From the NCBI GenBank assembly GCA_964234715.1, contig OZ174275.1: a stretch of 64,000 nucleotides of DNA; one strand, given 5' to 3'. The position numbers and the translations under genes were made by a program. Below, piece by piece: positions 63,073-64,000 of this stretch. Source of the stretch: Podarcis melisellensis (lineage: Eukaryota). Every line of letters starts with the position of its first letter. Position 1 is the first letter of the stretch. The notes under the pieces are model-generated. The model did not search any database. It was not told the origin of the DNA and was given only the letters and a program-made list of their open reading frames with translations.

Positions 63073-64000
63073 CTGTGAAATGTGTGCAATGAAAGCATTG
63101 CTGATCAGCACTGGACATGAAATTTCATCCATCAGTTGTTTCAGGTGTCTTGTGAAGACATAGGTTGGTAGTTAACGAAGCTTTACTCAGAGTACACCCA
63201 CTGAAATTAATGGACATGACTAAGTCAAGTAAAGCTTAGTTGAATACCACCCATACCTGTTAGCCTAGGCTTTCATTGACTCAGAAGGTTGGTCTGTTTT
63301 TGCTGAAATCCTGTTTATGTTTTCATAATGCTGTTTTACTGGTTTATATGTTGTATTTTTAGCTTTATGATAATGTTTCATTGCTTTTGTTTTGTACTCT
63401 TACATACTGGTTAGAGATTGTTACATATTATGCCATTTAGAAATGGTTTTAAATGAAATGAAAATAGCTCCTTAGTTGTGGAACTAAGGATGGTCCAGAT
63501 TGCTTTTAAAAATGGGCTTCACTATTATATTTAAGACAATATTATCTTGCCCAGTCAGCAGGATTAAAAGGCAAGGTTAACAGACCAAAAGGATCTGGCA
63601 CTTTGTAAAAAAGTGCTTGCTATGCACTGCCTTACCAATACAATTTGCATTTGAAGAAGACCTTGCCAGCTCCAGCAGCTTAATAATATATATTTGTAAG
63701 CTAGCTCACTAGAAAGAAAACCTCTTGATGGGATGGACTGCAGAGGTAAGGGTGGTGGCTAGAACAGAAGGCACAGCACCTCGCACTTGCATGCCCCTTT
63801 GGTCCTTTAAATCACCCACCATCTTCCAGTTATCCGTGGATGCACAGACCTATGTTTGAAGATCTAGGTCTGCCGCCATCACGTGGACTTTGGGCCACTC
63901 TATAAATCCTGGATTTGCCTCTGTCTAAAGTGGCTTCAGGGTATCTCAGCTACTCAAAAAAGAACTTCAGAAGTTCTATCCTGATGGGCAGAAGTTCCTG

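Overview
Vertebrate genomic DNA from a squamate reptile, probably a lacertid lizard (judged from Sauria-, Squam3- and POMSINE-like SINEs and L2 debris). It covers the INCENP-FTH1-BEST1 syntenic block. Contents: (1) INCENP copy A on the minus strand, with 17 coding exons in the window (17636->508) and the last IN-box exon off the left edge. (2) A second complete, intron-containing, frame-intact INCENP paralog, copy B, on the plus strand (22125-38777; 18 coding exons plus one candidate extra exon; about 838 aa). It lies head-to-head with copy A across a shared CpG island. (3) FTH1 (50728-55810, 4 exons, 182 aa) with a 5' iron-responsive element and three promoter-proximal ARE-like motifs. (4) The last three coding exons of BEST1 on the minus strand, including a GC-AG intron. 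The main finding is the old, selectively maintained INCENP duplication with complementary divergence. Copy B keeps the CEN box and the Aurora-activating IN-box/TSS motif but has lost the HP1-binding PxVxI motif and about half of the SAH 'dog-leash' helix. This suggests a second, specialised chromosomal passenger complex scaffold. All exon models were derived by hand from splice signals, phase consistency and recalled human proteins; no expression data or database searches were available.
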